Translations under genes and position numbers: made by a program | Assembly (NCBI RefSeq): GCF_000341395.1 | Contig: NC_020304.1 | Location: forward strand, 3,150,001 to 3,182,000 | Direction of reading: 5' to 3' | Origin: Desulfocapsa sulfexigens DSM 10523 | GTDB taxonomy: Bacteria > Desulfobacterota > Desulfobulbia > Desulfobulbales > Desulfocapsaceae | Length of the DNA: 32,000 nucleotides | Notes under the pieces: model-generated | Seen by the model: only the letters and a program-made list of their open reading frames with translations | The model's database searches: none | Told to the model about the DNA's origin: nothing | Shown here: positions 1 to 9,874 of the stretch, piece after piece | Numbering within the stretch: the first letter of the stretch is position 1 | Layout of the letters: each line of letters begins with the position of its first letter

Positions 1-2
1 TT

Positions 3-1013
3 TTCGATATTTCTGGCAGAGGTCTCTACGCAAATCCGGCAGCTGAAAGACTCCTTGGATACAGTGATGATGAATTTCTGCAAAAACCACTCGTTTTTGC
101 CCTTTGCAGGAAAGACCGTCATATTGTTAAAGAAGAGATTTCCATGCTCCTTACTACCAATCAGGCTCCTCACCCGAGAGAGGTGAGAGTACAGAAAAAG
201 AATCTGGAATATCTTGATATGGAGATGAATCTCTTCTGTATAGATCTTTCAGGGGGAGAACGTATTATTGGCTCGATGATCCGAGATATTAGCCAGCGTA
301 AAATTGCCGAAGAAAAACTCCGTCTCTCCGAAAAAAGACTCGGTGATCTTTCTGCCATGCTGATCACAGCACAGGATGATGAACGGCGTCGCCTGGCAAT
401 GGAATTACACGACGAATTCGGTCAATCTCTTGCTGCTCTTAAATTACAGATAAGAGGCATGGAAAATAGCCTTCACAATAATAATGAATTTCATAAGGAT
501 AAAATAATAGAGGCATTACGTGAGTTACGACAATATGTGAATATGCAGATAGAAGACGTGAGAAGTCTCTCACGGGAACTCTGGCCTATGATGGTTGATC
601 ATCTTGGGGTTGATGCAGCATTTGAGAACCTTATTGGAGGGTTTCTAGGACATGCTGAAGTGGAAATCGATGTTAACATGGAACACCTCGGTCGGTTTTT
701 TCCGGTTGAGGAGCAGAGACATCTATACAGACTTCTGCAGGAATCGCTGAATAATGTTATTAAGCATGCCAATGCAACTGATATACAGGTTAGGGCAAGT
801 ATTGTTGGAGATGAGATAGTGCTGGCGGTACATGATAATGGCTGTGGATTTGATGTCGAAGCAGTTTCCACATCCACTGGCAAAACCAGGGGCATTGGTT
901 TACAGGCAATTGCTGAAAGAATGAAAATTTTATGTGGAAAAATGGAAATAAATTCCAGGCCTGGAATGGGGACATCCATTATCTTTACACTTGCTAAAAA
1001 TCGTAACTGCTAA
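3..1013 (+). CDS. Sensor histidine kinase, PAS + HisKA_3 + HATPase_c (5-prime end cut by window edge)
   Basis: Frame 3 is open from base 3 (FDISGRGLYANPAAERLLGYSDDEF, PAS-like) into ORF 144..1013. H-box MELHDEFGQSL is NarX/LiaS-type HisKA_3. N-box is LQESLNNVIKHA. G-boxes are HDNGCGF and GIGLQAI..GMGTS. Confidence 0.85.
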   Translation, partial: FDISGRGLYANPAAERLLGYSDDEFLQKPLVFALCRKDRHIVKEEISMLLTTNQAPHPREVRVQKKNLEYLDMEMNLFCIDLSGGERIIGSMIRDISQRKIAEEKLRLSEKRLGDLSAMLITAQDDERRRLAMELHDEFGQSLAALKLQIRGMENSLHNNNEFHKDKIIEALRELRQYVNMQIEDVRSLSRELWPMMVDHLGVDAAFENLIGGFLGHAEVEIDVNMEHLGRFFPVEEQRHLYRLLQESLNNVIKHANATDIQVRASIVGDEIVLAVHDNGCGFDVEAVSTSTGKTRGIGLQAIAERMKILCGKMEINSRPGMGTSIIFTLAKNRNC

Positions 1014-1489
1014 TGACAAGCATCACTGTTTATCTGAATACTGTATCTGAGACGGCAAAATTTGGGCATATTCTTGCTCGCCTTGCCCTTCCCGGAGATG
1101 TGATCTGCTTGAGTGGGGATCTCGGTGCAGGGAAAACCACACTCACCCAGCAATTGGCAAGGGGACTGGAAGTGCCGGAATCCTGTTATGTTACCAGTCC
1201 AAGCTTTTCAATCATGCAGGAATACCCCGGACGCATTCCTCTTTATCATTTCGATTTTTATCGTCTTTCTGATGAAACTGAAGTTGAAGATCTTGGTTTC
1301 GAAGAATTCTTTTATCATTCTGGATTGAGCGTGATAGAATGGTCTGAAAGGGCCGGATCGCTTATCCCGGACACACGACTGTTGCTGAAAATGACCATCG
1401 AAAATGAGTCGGCAAGAAGGGTTGAGATTGATTTCGGCAATGGTTCATGGGAAGAGCGTTTACGTTCATATCTTCCCCCTATGATATGA
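1013..1489 (+). CDS. tsaE: tRNA t6A37 threonylcarbamoyladenosine biosynthesis protein TsaE (P-loop ATPase)
   Basis: 158 aa with Walker A GDLGAGKTTLTQQLARGL, then TSPSF and HFDFYRL motifs typical of TsaE/YjeE. TAATG overlap with the upstream kinase stop. Confidence 0.85.
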   Translation: MTSITVYLNTVSETAKFGHILARLALPGDVICLSGDLGAGKTTLTQQLARGLEVPESCYVTSPSFSIMQEYPGRIPLYHFDFYRLSDETEVEDLGFEEFFYHSGLSVIEWSERAGSLIPDTRLLLKMTIENESARRVEIDFGNGSWEERLRSYLPPMI

Positions 1490-1549
1490 TCTGCCGCAGT
1501 GATTTGCAGATCTTGACAATTTATCCATCCACCGTTTTCCTGGAATGCT

Positions 1550-2752
1550 ATGGACGTTTTTGTTGCCAGACAGCCTATCTTTGATTCTCGTAAAAAGCTC
1601 TTTGCCTATGAATTGCTGTTTCGTACGGGGATGGCCAACGCCTTTCCAGATCTTGACGGGGAAACGGCAACCTCAAGTCTTCTCTCCTCATCCTTTTTTA
1701 CCGTTGGTATTGAACAGATATCCGGTGGGCACAGGTCTTTTATAAATTTCACTGAAGATCTGCTGTTAAAGGGTACCCCTGCCATGCTGCCTGCTGAAAA
1801 TGTAGTTGTAGAAGTGCTTGAAAATGTCAATCCGACGGAGGAGGTTAGGGAGGCCTGTAGAGAACTTGTTGCCAAGGGATACGATCTGGCTCTCGATGAT
1901 TTTGTGTTTACTGAAGAATGGCTCCCCCTCGTTAAAATCGCTAAGGTTATCAAGATCGATTTCCGTCTTACTCCGATTGCAGAAATAGAGAGTATAATTG
2001 AAACTGTCAAACCGTATAAATGCAAATTGCTGGCAGAAAAAATTGAAACCTATGATGAATTTCAGCAGGCCCTTGAGATGGGATTCGTGTACTTTCAGGG
2101 ATACTTCTTTGCTAAACCGGAGGTCCTCAGAAACAAGGATATTCCGTCGTCACAATTAACCCTGTTGCAATTGATCACCGAAGTGAACAGGACAGAATTT
2201 GATGTGAATACACTTGAAAAATTAATCAATCAGGACGTGTCAGTTTCTTTCAAGTTGTTGAAATATCTTAATTCTGCTTTTTTTTACAGGGTTCATCCAA
2301 TATCTTCAATTCGTCAGGCAATTGCCTTTCTTGGTGAACGTGGAGTACGGCAGTTTGTATCCCTGATAGCAACGAGCAAGCTTTCAGAATCCAAACCCTC
2401 CGAACTTCTCAGAACCTCAATTATTCGCGCTCGGATGCTCGAGTTGATAGCAGAGAGCCAGGGGAAATCAAACAGCTGTGATTTTTTCATGTTGGGGCTT
2501 TTTTCACTTATAGATGCAATGCTGGATAACAGCATGACATATTTGATGGAACAACTTCCCTTAACGGATTCTGTTAAAGATGCTCTGGCAAAACGTAGAG
2601 GGAATAAGCTTCCATATCTTCAAGCCGTTGAATCCTACGAAACTGGAAATTGGGAGAAATTTGAAGAGACTCTGGATTTGGTCGGAGCCGATCGTGACAG
2701 ATTTCCTGCATTTTATCTGGATGCTGTCGGCTGGGCAGATAGTTACCAATAG
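1550..2752 (+). CDS. EAL + HDOD domain signalling protein (COG3434/YuxH-like putative c-di-GMP phosphodiesterase)
   Basis: N-terminus VARQPIFDSRKKLFAYELLFR is the EAL-type opening. The C-terminal half (VSFKLLKYLNSAFF..IRQAIAFLGERGVRQFV) is HDOD-like. Confidence 0.85.
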   Translation: MDVFVARQPIFDSRKKLFAYELLFRTGMANAFPDLDGETATSSLLSSSFFTVGIEQISGGHRSFINFTEDLLLKGTPAMLPAENVVVEVLENVNPTEEVREACRELVAKGYDLALDDFVFTEEWLPLVKIAKVIKIDFRLTPIAEIESIIETVKPYKCKLLAEKIETYDEFQQALEMGFVYFQGYFFAKPEVLRNKDIPSSQLTLLQLITEVNRTEFDVNTLEKLINQDVSVSFKLLKYLNSAFFYRVHPISSIRQAIAFLGERGVRQFVSLIATSKLSESKPSELLRTSIIRARMLELIAESQGKSNSCDFFMLGLFSLIDAMLDNSMTYLMEQLPLTDSVKDALAKRRGNKLPYLQAVESYETGNWEKFEETLDLVGADRDRFPAFYLDAVGWADSYQ

Positions 2753-2918
2753 TATCATTTCTCTTCTTCAGTCCCTTCCTTTGCAAAATCAATTTATTTC
2801 TGTATAGTGCCACTCCTGTAAGGTGTTCCTACTTGCTCCTTCCCTGCATTCTATTTGAGAAAGTATAGGGAAAGGGGTTGTATTGCCCCCAGCCAACAAA
2901 AAAAAAGAGCTATATACA

Positions 2919-4663
2919 TGGATAAAAAAGTAATTCGTCTTCGTGACTGTATGAAGACATATACCATAGATCAGGATAAGGCTATCAGCCCTGAAGAAAC
3001 AGTAACCCGCTTCAAGGATAAACTTGCACATTTGAACCTTGATATTCTTAAGGAAGTCAAACGTATAGATAACGGACGTCTTGGTATTCCCGTCTATTTT
3101 TCTGTCTGTGGTGAAGACGCAAGAAAAATGACAGGAACCAAAAAACAGATGGGTAAGGGGGCGTCTGCCATACAGGCCCAGGCATCAGCCTGTATGGAAC
3201 TTGCCGAAAGATTTTCCTTTTTTACTTTTAAGAATAATCCCGACAACTTTATTGTCGGTGATTATCAGGAAATGCGTGATCTTGGCTATCCTGTGCTTGA
3301 TACCAGTTACCTGCTGCAATCTGTCCACGATGAGAAACATGACAGCGATTTTCTGGAACAGATCCTTCGGGGTATCCCTATGCAGTGGACATGGGCCACC
3401 AATCTCAGGAGTGGTGAAGATGTTCTTATGCCATTTTCCTGGTTTTTTGCCATCAACGAATTTAATGGACCCTCTGCTGGGAACTCTTACGAAGAGGCCG
3501 CTCTCCAGGGAATTTGTGAAATTGTTGAACGGCATGTCTGTGCGCTTGTTACCCATGAAAAAATTAAAACTCCCCGTATCAATCATGAAAGCGTTACAGA
3601 TCCCATTGCCACTAAACTTCTTACTATTTTCAAGGACAATGAAATAGATCTCTATTTGAACGATTTTACACTTGATACCGGGATTTGTACCGTTGCCGCC
3701 CTTGCCATCGATCGCTCATCTTTCCCTGAACAGAGTGAGATTGTATACACCGCCGGAACAACTCCTGACCCTGAAAAAGCTTTGATTCGTGCAGTCACAG
3801 AGGTTGCCCAGCTTGCCGGTGATTTTAACAGCGGCTCAAATTATATCGCTTCTGGGTTACCCAAACCGCTTGCCATGGAAGAAGTTGCACATGTTGCAGA
3901 GAGTGGTATGGCTATAGATATTGCGAGTATTCCAAACCTTGGCGATGCAAATATCAAGACAGAGGTCGAAAATTGTGTCGCAGCACTTGCAGAGAAGGGA
4001 ATGGACACTTTTATGCTTGATGTTGTTCATCCTGATCTGAAAATCCCGGCCATCTATACGATTATACCTGGAGCTCATTTTCGTGAACGTTCCATGATTA
4101 AGGATGTTGGCCTGTTTGCATCAAAGCTTCTTGTTGAACGAATTGATGATCCCGAAGTGCTCGATAAGAGACTTGCAAGATTGGAAGGACTCATACCAGG
4201 TGCCTATTATCTCGATTTTTACAGAGGCCGGAATTTATATGAAAACGGACAGGCTGAGGCAGCACTTGTTCATTTCAGCAATGCCCTTGAATTAATTCCC
4301 GAACAGGAAGATCTTCCCTATGTCTACTCTTATATGGGGCTTTGCTACAGGGATCTTGGCCATTACGATGAGGCTCTTGCGGTACTCAAAAAAGGCTTGG
4401 AAGAAGATGAGGACCGGCCCGATATCTACAATACAATGGGAGTATGCTTCTTTAAGCTTGAGGACTATGCTTCCGCTGTGAAATGTTTTGAACGGGCAGT
4501 TGAACTGAATCCCTCTTCTGCCATGGATTATGCGAATTTAGGGGTCAATCACCGCAGGCTTGGGCATACAGATGAGGCTGTTCATTTTCTAAGCCTCGCA
4601 CTGTCTCTTGATCCCGATATTGAATTTGCTCAGCAGCAACTTGCCGAGTTACTGACTGATTAA
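2919..4663 (+). CDS. YcaO domain protein with C-terminal TPR repeats
   Basis: ORF 2855..4663. The first ATG at 2919 (MDKKVIRL) is preferred over the TTG at 2855. YcaO ATP/Mg motifs are GKGASAIQAQASACMELAERFSFF and GPSAGNSYEEAALQGICEIVERH. The last ~160 aa are TPR-like (YDEALAVLKKGLEED, YASAVKCFERAVELNP, TDEAVHFLSLALSLDP). Confidence 0.8.
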
Positions 4664-4703
4664 GAGCACTGGAACGTATTTCCAGATAGCTCTGAGGTTT
4701 ATT

Positions 4704-5879
4704 ATGTTTACTAAAGCTTCTCTAATTGATTCGAATCCAAAAAAAATCCTGATCCGTTCCACCAACTGGATTGGTGACGCTGTGATGACGACCCCTGCCG
4801 TTCACACAATCAGGAAGAATTTTCCAGATGCTGAAATCACCATGCTTGCCGTACCCTGGGTCGCTGATATCTTCGGGGTAAGTCCCGATGTGGATCATCT
4901 TATTCTCTATGATAAAAAAAATCTGTATGCAGGAAAGCTGAAAGGCCCATTACAACTTGCAATAGAGCTTAAGAAGTACCGTTTTGACACCGCCATTCTT
5001 CTCCAAAACGCCTTTGAAGCTGCTTTTCTCGTGAAAATGGCAGGTATTCCTATACGGGCCGGTTATAGACGTGATGGGCGTGGGGTACTGCTTTCCCATG
5101 GTGTTCCTATCAGTGAGGCGACCAGAAAGAAGCACCAGGTACACTACTATCAGGATATGCTAAAAGCCCTTGGCCTGACTCCCGGGCCTGATCATCTTCG
5201 ATTACCACTACCTGATGACTTGATGCAGTGGGCGAAGACACTTGTAGAATGTCTTAAATATAAAAGCCCCGCCTTCATACTCGAGGAACAACTGGGTAAA
5301 GAATTACCAAGCCTTGCTGAGTTACAATCGGTAACAGCTGATGGTCCACCTGTGCCGGTAATAGGTTTTAACCCAGGGGCTGCGTTTGGCCCGGCAAAAC
5401 AGTGGCCCGTTGAAAAATTTGCACAGTTGGCAGCCATTATCAGTCATAATTACCAGGAAAGCGGATGTGTTATCATGGTTTTTGGAACAGAGGTGGATAG
5501 TGCGGCGGCCAGTAAGATAAGAGAATTTTCCATACGAACGCCTTTTCACGTTCAGGATATGACAGGGAAAACGAATCTGAAACAGGCCATGGCACTTATT
5601 AAGTGTTGTGACGCCTTTGTAACCAATGATTCCGGACTTATGCATGTCGCAGCCGGGCTTGGAACTCCCAGCATTGCAATATTTGGTTCAACTGATCATA
5701 TTGCCACCGGCCCCTATTCGGAAAATGCAATTATTGTAAGACGTGAAATGGAATGCAGTCCATGCATGCAGACACACTGTCCCAGGGGGCACCTGCAATG
5801 CCTTGAGTCAATCAGTTCCAAGGATGTGTACGAGGATCTTGTTACAATGCTTTCCCCAAAATTTCCTCCGAGTTCCTGA
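4704..5879 (+). CDS. waaF: ADP-heptose:LPS heptosyltransferase II (glycosyltransferase family 9)
   Basis: N-terminus KILIRSTNWIGDAVMTTPAVHTIRKNFPDAEITMLAVPWVADIF and C-terminal TNDSGLMHVAAGLGTPSIAIFGST are GT9 signatures. Adjacent to gmhB. Carries a ~40-aa insert relative to typical WaaF length. Confidence 0.7.
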   Translation: MFTKASLIDSNPKKILIRSTNWIGDAVMTTPAVHTIRKNFPDAEITMLAVPWVADIFGVSPDVDHLILYDKKNLYAGKLKGPLQLAIELKKYRFDTAILLQNAFEAAFLVKMAGIPIRAGYRRDGRGVLLSHGVPISEATRKKHQVHYYQDMLKALGLTPGPDHLRLPLPDDLMQWAKTLVECLKYKSPAFILEEQLGKELPSLAELQSVTADGPPVPVIGFNPGAAFGPAKQWPVEKFAQLAAIISHNYQESGCVIMVFGTEVDSAAASKIREFSIRTPFHVQDMTGKTNLKQAMALIKCCDAFVTNDSGLMHVAAGLGTPSIAIFGSTDHIATGPYSENAIIVRREMECSPCMQTHCPRGHLQCLESISSKDVYEDLVTMLSPKFPPSS

Positions 5880-5893
5880 AATGGTGCAACACT

Positions 5894-6520
5894 ATGAAAT
5901 TTAAAGGAAAGGATGGTTCAAGGGCAGCGGTTTTCCTTGATCGTGATGGAACTATCAATGAACAGATGGGATATATTAATCACATCTGCCGTTTTCATCT
6001 GCTTCCAGGAGTCGGAGATGCAATAAAGAAACTCAATGATGCCGATATTCCTGTTGTTGTAATAAGCAATCAGTCTGGGCTTGCCCGTGGCTATTTTCCC
6101 GAAGAGTTGCTTATTGCAGTACATGAGAAGATGAACAGGCTACTTGCAGACGAAGGAGCCCATGTTGATGGAATTTATTATTGTCCACATCATCCTGAGG
6201 CCAAGGAAGAACGTTTTCGCGCAAATTGTAACTGCCGCAAGCCTAAAGCGGGGCTTGTCTATCAGGCATCCGAGGAGATGGGGCTTGATCCAGAAACTTC
6301 CTATGTCATTGGGGACAGATGGTCAGATATCAAGACAGCGGCCAACTGCGGTGCGACCTCCATTCTGGTACGTACGGGATATGGCAGGGGAGATGAACAG
6401 TATATCGGGCCACAGCAGGAAATTCAGCCGGATTTTAGGGCCGAGAATTTATCGGAAGCAGTAGACTGGATTCTTAGCAGGCAGAATATGCTTACGGTCG
6501 GTGTGGATAAGAAAGCCTGA
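5894..6520 (+). CDS. gmhB: D-glycero-beta-D-manno-heptose-1,7-bisphosphate 7-phosphatase (HAD-IIIA)
   Basis: FLDRDGTINE (HAD motif I), VISNQSGLARG (motif II), Zn-loop YYCPHHP..CNCRKPKAGL, and VIGDRWSD (motif IV). Confidence 0.85.
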   Translation: MKFKGKDGSRAAVFLDRDGTINEQMGYINHICRFHLLPGVGDAIKKLNDADIPVVVISNQSGLARGYFPEELLIAVHEKMNRLLADEGAHVDGIYYCPHHPEAKEERFRANCNCRKPKAGLVYQASEEMGLDPETSYVIGDRWSDIKTAANCGATSILVRTGYGRGDEQYIGPQQEIQPDFRAENLSEAVDWILSRQNMLTVGVDKKA

Positions 6521-7427
6521 CCGCATTACTGTCCATCAGTGCATCGGCCCCATGGGGCATGGTCAGATTGTTCCTTCCATGCCCGATGGGGAAATTTCCC
6601 CAAACAGGCATCCCCGCAGCTTCGGTAAGTTCCAGAACACGCTTCCAGATCTCTTCATGGAAACGTATTTTTTCCAGACTGTCCTGTTCCTGGTTGATTG
6701 AAAAATCACCCAGGATGATTCCCGCCGGCTGGTTGATTTTGCCGCTATGCCACAGCTGGGTAAACATCCTGTCCAATCGGTACAGTGGTTCTCCAACATC
6801 TTCAAGAAAGACTATCTTTTTACTCCAATCCTGATCAATGGCTGTCGCCAGGATGCTTATCAAACTGCTGAGATTGCCACCAATAAGTTTTCCCCGCACA
6901 GGTGGCCCGTCACGCAGCACCTCTATTTGATGATTCTGCAGCGGTTTGTCCCAGTTTCCGCTGAGGCAGGCATAAAAATGCTGCAAGCTGTCCGAACTGA
7001 TTGATGAAAGAGTAGTGAGCATTGGCCCATGAAGCGTGATCAGATCATTCGTCTGATGAATGGCACTGTGGAGAATGGTAATATCCGAAAATCCTATAAG
7101 AAGTTTTCTTTCTTTTTTTATATCCTCAGGATTCAGAAAAGGAAGAAGCCGCAGGGAGCCAAAACCACCCCGAAGAGCTAGTAATGCAGATATCTCAGGA
7201 TCACTCCACATTCGGTGAAATTCGAGAGCGCGATTAGCATCGCTGTCAGCCAGATAGCCTTTTCCGGGCCAGAGGTTTCTTGGCAGACGCAGCTCAAAAC
7301 CCATATTCTGAAGAATCGCCATCCCCTGTTCAAGAGGCTTTGTGTCATGAATCTGACCTGCCGGTGCAATAATCCCTATGCAATCACCTGGCTGTAGCGG
7401 TGCTGGTAATCGGGAGTTATATGTCAT
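6492..7427 (-). CDS. ldcA: LD-carboxypeptidase (muramoyltetrapeptide carboxypeptidase, peptidase S66)
   Basis: GDCIGIIAPAG N-terminus, nucleophile motif IGFSDITILH, C-terminal GHG..N.T.P. Its 3-prime end overlaps gmhB convergently by 29 nt. Confidence 0.75.
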   Translation of the reverse strand: MTYNSRLPAPLQPGDCIGIIAPAGQIHDTKPLEQGMAILQNMGFELRLPRNLWPGKGYLADSDANRALEFHRMWSDPEISALLALRGGFGSLRLLPFLNPEDIKKERKLLIGFSDITILHSAIHQTNDLITLHGPMLTTLSSISSDSLQHFYACLSGNWDKPLQNHQIEVLRDGPPVRGKLIGGNLSSLISILATAIDQDWSKKIVFLEDVGEPLYRLDRMFTQLWHSGKINQPAGIILGDFSINQEQDSLEKIRFHEEIWKRVLELTEAAGMPVWGNFPIGHGRNNLTMPHGADALMDSNAVRLSYPHRP

Positions 7428-8214
7428 ATTGCTTATGGAAAAGGAGGTTCAGGCCCCGTAAAGTCAGTAGGGTGTCAACCGCTTCAATACGTTTACTGAA
7501 AGGGGCAATAAGATGAGCCATTCCACCCGTTGCAAGTACCCTCATCGGCTCTCTGTTGGGACAGAGTTCTTTGTGTATTTTTTCGGTCAAACCATCTATA
7601 AGTGCTCCATAACCGAAGAGAATACCACTTTTCATAGCATCAACGGTGTTCGTGCCAATAACATGGGGCGGGGGAGTTGTGACATCGATTCGAGGGAGTT
7701 TTGCCGTGCGAGTTGAGAGTGCATCAAGCGAAATGGCGATCCCTGGAAGAATGGTACCACCCAGATATTCACATTTTGCAGAGACACAATCAAAGGTGAT
7801 TGCGGTACCAAAGTCAATAATAATAAGATTCTGTCTGTACTGTTCCCAGGCGGCTATGGCATTGACCAGTCTGTCAGCTCCAACTTCTTCCGGGTAATCT
7901 GTGAGGATTTTGATCTGACTGGAAATACTCTCTGCGGAAACAACCAGTGGAGGATTGGTAAGATGTTTTGAAAAATAGGTGTTAATATAGGCAATCCAGG
8001 AAGATTCCAGTGCCGGAACCACACTTGCCAGAATAACACCGTCAATATCTGCCTTGTTTATGTCAGCCATTGAGAAGAGGGCATGATAGCGAATAGCCAG
8101 TTCATCATTCGGACGATCGGGGTCAGATTTTAAACGCCATTGTCCGACTAGTGTGTCTCCGTCAAAAAGTCCAGTTACGGTGTGGGTGTTGCCAACATCG
8201 ATTGTGAACAGCAT
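7417..8214 (-). CDS. coaX: Type III pantothenate kinase
   Basis: MLFTIDVGNTHTVTGLF, IIIDFGTAITFD and ATGGMA motifs of CoaX (ASKHA fold). 11-nt overlap with the ldcA start. Confidence 0.9.
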   Translation of the reverse strand: MLFTIDVGNTHTVTGLFDGDTLVGQWRLKSDPDRPNDELAIRYHALFSMADINKADIDGVILASVVPALESSWIAYINTYFSKHLTNPPLVVSAESISSQIKILTDYPEEVGADRLVNAIAAWEQYRQNLIIIDFGTAITFDCVSAKCEYLGGTILPGIAISLDALSTRTAKLPRIDVTTPPPHVIGTNTVDAMKSGILFGYGALIDGLTEKIHKELCPNREPMRVLATGGMAHLIAPFSKRIEAVDTLLTLRGLNLLFHKQYDI

Positions 8215-8322
8215 AGGTTTCCTGGTGCAGGTTGAGATTTTATCTTGTGAAAATTAAGAATCCCTGTTAACTGCGAAGAGGGGATGTCTTTAATATATTA
8301 AAAAAGAAAACAATATAAAGCA

Positions 8323-8643
8323 ATGTCTGATCCTATACTTGTCTTAACAACATTTGAAGAAAAAGAAGAGGCTTTGCAGCTTGCGCGTATTCTTCTTGAA
8401 AAACGACTGGTTGCCTGTGCACAGATAGATTCACCCGTGGATTCGCTTTATTGGTGGAACGGGGTGATTACCCAAACGAAAGAATTCCGACTACTGATGA
8501 AGAGTCGCCACTCTTTATGGGATGAATTGGAAGCGGAAATCAGGAAACACCACTCCTACGATATTCCTGAAATAGTCGCTGTACCTCTTTCGCATACCAG
8601 TAGTGACTATCAGAACTGGCTCAATGAGGCTTTGAAGAGATGA
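8323..8643 (+). CDS. cutA: Divalent-cation tolerance protein CutA
   Basis: 106 aa. RLVACAQI..SLYWWNG.I......L.MKS....W..L...I...HSYDIPEIVAVPL matches CutA1 throughout. Confidence 0.85.
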   Translation: MSDPILVLTTFEEKEEALQLARILLEKRLVACAQIDSPVDSLYWWNGVITQTKEFRLLMKSRHSLWDELEAEIRKHHSYDIPEIVAVPLSHTSSDYQNWLNEALKR

Positions 8644-8858
8644 GTGGAGAGCAGGAAATACCTGAGAAAAAAAAATCCTACCGTCAAAGAAAACTTGGAA
8701 AATATGTCTGTCATTGCTGTAAGAAAGAACTTCCGTACTGTTTGAGCTGTCCCTGTGGCTTTATGATATGTGAAGATTGTTTTAAGGAAAACACATGGGG
8801 AATTTCCAACGGTCCTACCTGGATATGCCCTGATTGTGAACGGATTCGTATGACCTGA
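8640..8858 (+). CDS. Cysteine-rich (10 Cys) putative zinc-binding mini-protein, 72 aa, unknown function
   Basis: ATGA start/stop overlap with cutA suggests translational coupling. Basic N-terminus, then CHCC-x7-CLSCPC-x5-CEDC ... CPDC, which gives several CxxC knuckles. No family recognised. Confidence 0.6.
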   Translation: MSGEQEIPEKKKSYRQRKLGKYVCHCCKKELPYCLSCPCGFMICEDCFKENTWGISNGPTWICPDCERIRMT

Positions 8859-8885
8859 TTTTTCTATTTGTTGAAGAGGGAAAAG

Positions 8886-9854
8886 ATGAAAGGATTTAAA
8901 GTTGGAACGCTTTTCTGGGTTATTGCCCTGCTCTTTTTGGGTGCTGTGAGTACCTATGCGCAAACCTATAAGGTGGCTGTCTCACAAATTGTCGAACACC
9001 CGGCACTCGATGCTACGCGGCAGGGACTCCTTGACGGTTTAAAAGCAAAAGGATTTGAAGAGGGAATAAATCTTGAATTTATTTATCAGACTGCTCAAGG
9101 CAATCCTGCCATAGCGGTACAGATTGCAAAGCAGTTTGTTGGTGAAAAACCTGATGTTCTTGTAGGTATTGCAACCCCGACAGCTCAGGCACTTGTTGCC
9201 TCCACCAGAACCATCCCCATTGTTTTTACCGCCGTAACCGATCCCGTTGGAGCAAAACTTGTTAAAAACATTGAGAGACCGGAAGGGAATGTGACAGGTC
9301 TTTCTGATTTGGCTCCTGTTTCTCAACATGTTGATCTGATGCAGGAGCTTGTTTCAGACCTCAAGGTAATAGGAGTTGTGTATAACCCGGGTGAGGCCAA
9401 TGCTGTATCAGCTATTGAGTTATTGAAAAGCGCAGCCTCCAAGAAAAATCTCCAGGTTATTGAGGCTACTGCTTTAAAAAGCAGTGACGTTCAGGCGGCT
9501 GCCAGAATTATTGCTTCAAAAGTCCAGGTAATCTACGCACCGGTAGATAATACCATTGCCAGTGCAATTGATGCCCTGGTTGGTGTTTGTAACCAGGCTA
9601 AAATTCCTGTTGTTGGAGGTTCTACCTCATTTGTTGAAAGCGGTGCCGTTGCATCTTTGGGCTTTGATTACTATCAGGTTGGACTGCAGACTGCTGATTA
9701 TGTGGAAGCCATACTGAATGGCAAAGCAATATCTGAAATTCCCGTTTCTTTTGCCAAGGGATCTGATCTTTTCCTTAATCTCAAGGCGGCAGAAAGTTTG
9801 GGTATAATTATTCCTGCCTCAATGCTGGAGCGGGCAACAAACCTGAAAAAATAA
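8886..9854 (+). CDS. ABC transporter substrate-binding protein (ABC_sub_bind / COG2984 family)
   Basis: ATG at 8886 follows GAAGAGGGAAAAG (the track start at 8868 is a TTG). Signal peptide MKGFKVGTLFWVIALLFLGAVSTYA. YKVAVSQIVEHPALDATRQGLLDGLK is typical of the family. Confidence 0.85.
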   Translation: MKGFKVGTLFWVIALLFLGAVSTYAQTYKVAVSQIVEHPALDATRQGLLDGLKAKGFEEGINLEFIYQTAQGNPAIAVQIAKQFVGEKPDVLVGIATPTAQALVASTRTIPIVFTAVTDPVGAKLVKNIERPEGNVTGLSDLAPVSQHVDLMQELVSDLKVIGVVYNPGEANAVSAIELLKSAASKKNLQVIEATALKSSDVQAAARIIASKVQVIYAPVDNTIASAIDALVGVCNQAKIPVVGGSTSFVESGAVASLGFDYYQVGLQTADYVEAILNGKAISEIPVSFAKGSDLFLNLKAAESLGIIIPASMLERATNLKK

Positions 9855-9874
9855 TTTGAGTCGGGCTTTATCAG

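Noticed and set aside
170-979. Antisense and alternate-frame ORFs inside the first kinase gene (170..367-, 599..979-, 790..975-). The same kind of track ORFs occur inside every other confident gene.
   Set aside because: They are shadow ORFs fully embedded in genes with clear domain signatures. They have no RBS and low-complexity or Ser/Pro/Arg-rich translations.
4728-4738. GATTCGAATCC, which resembles a tRNA T-arm/T-loop.
   Set aside because: It lies in-frame inside waaF (LIDSNPKK). The flanks cannot be folded into an acceptor stem or anticodon arm.
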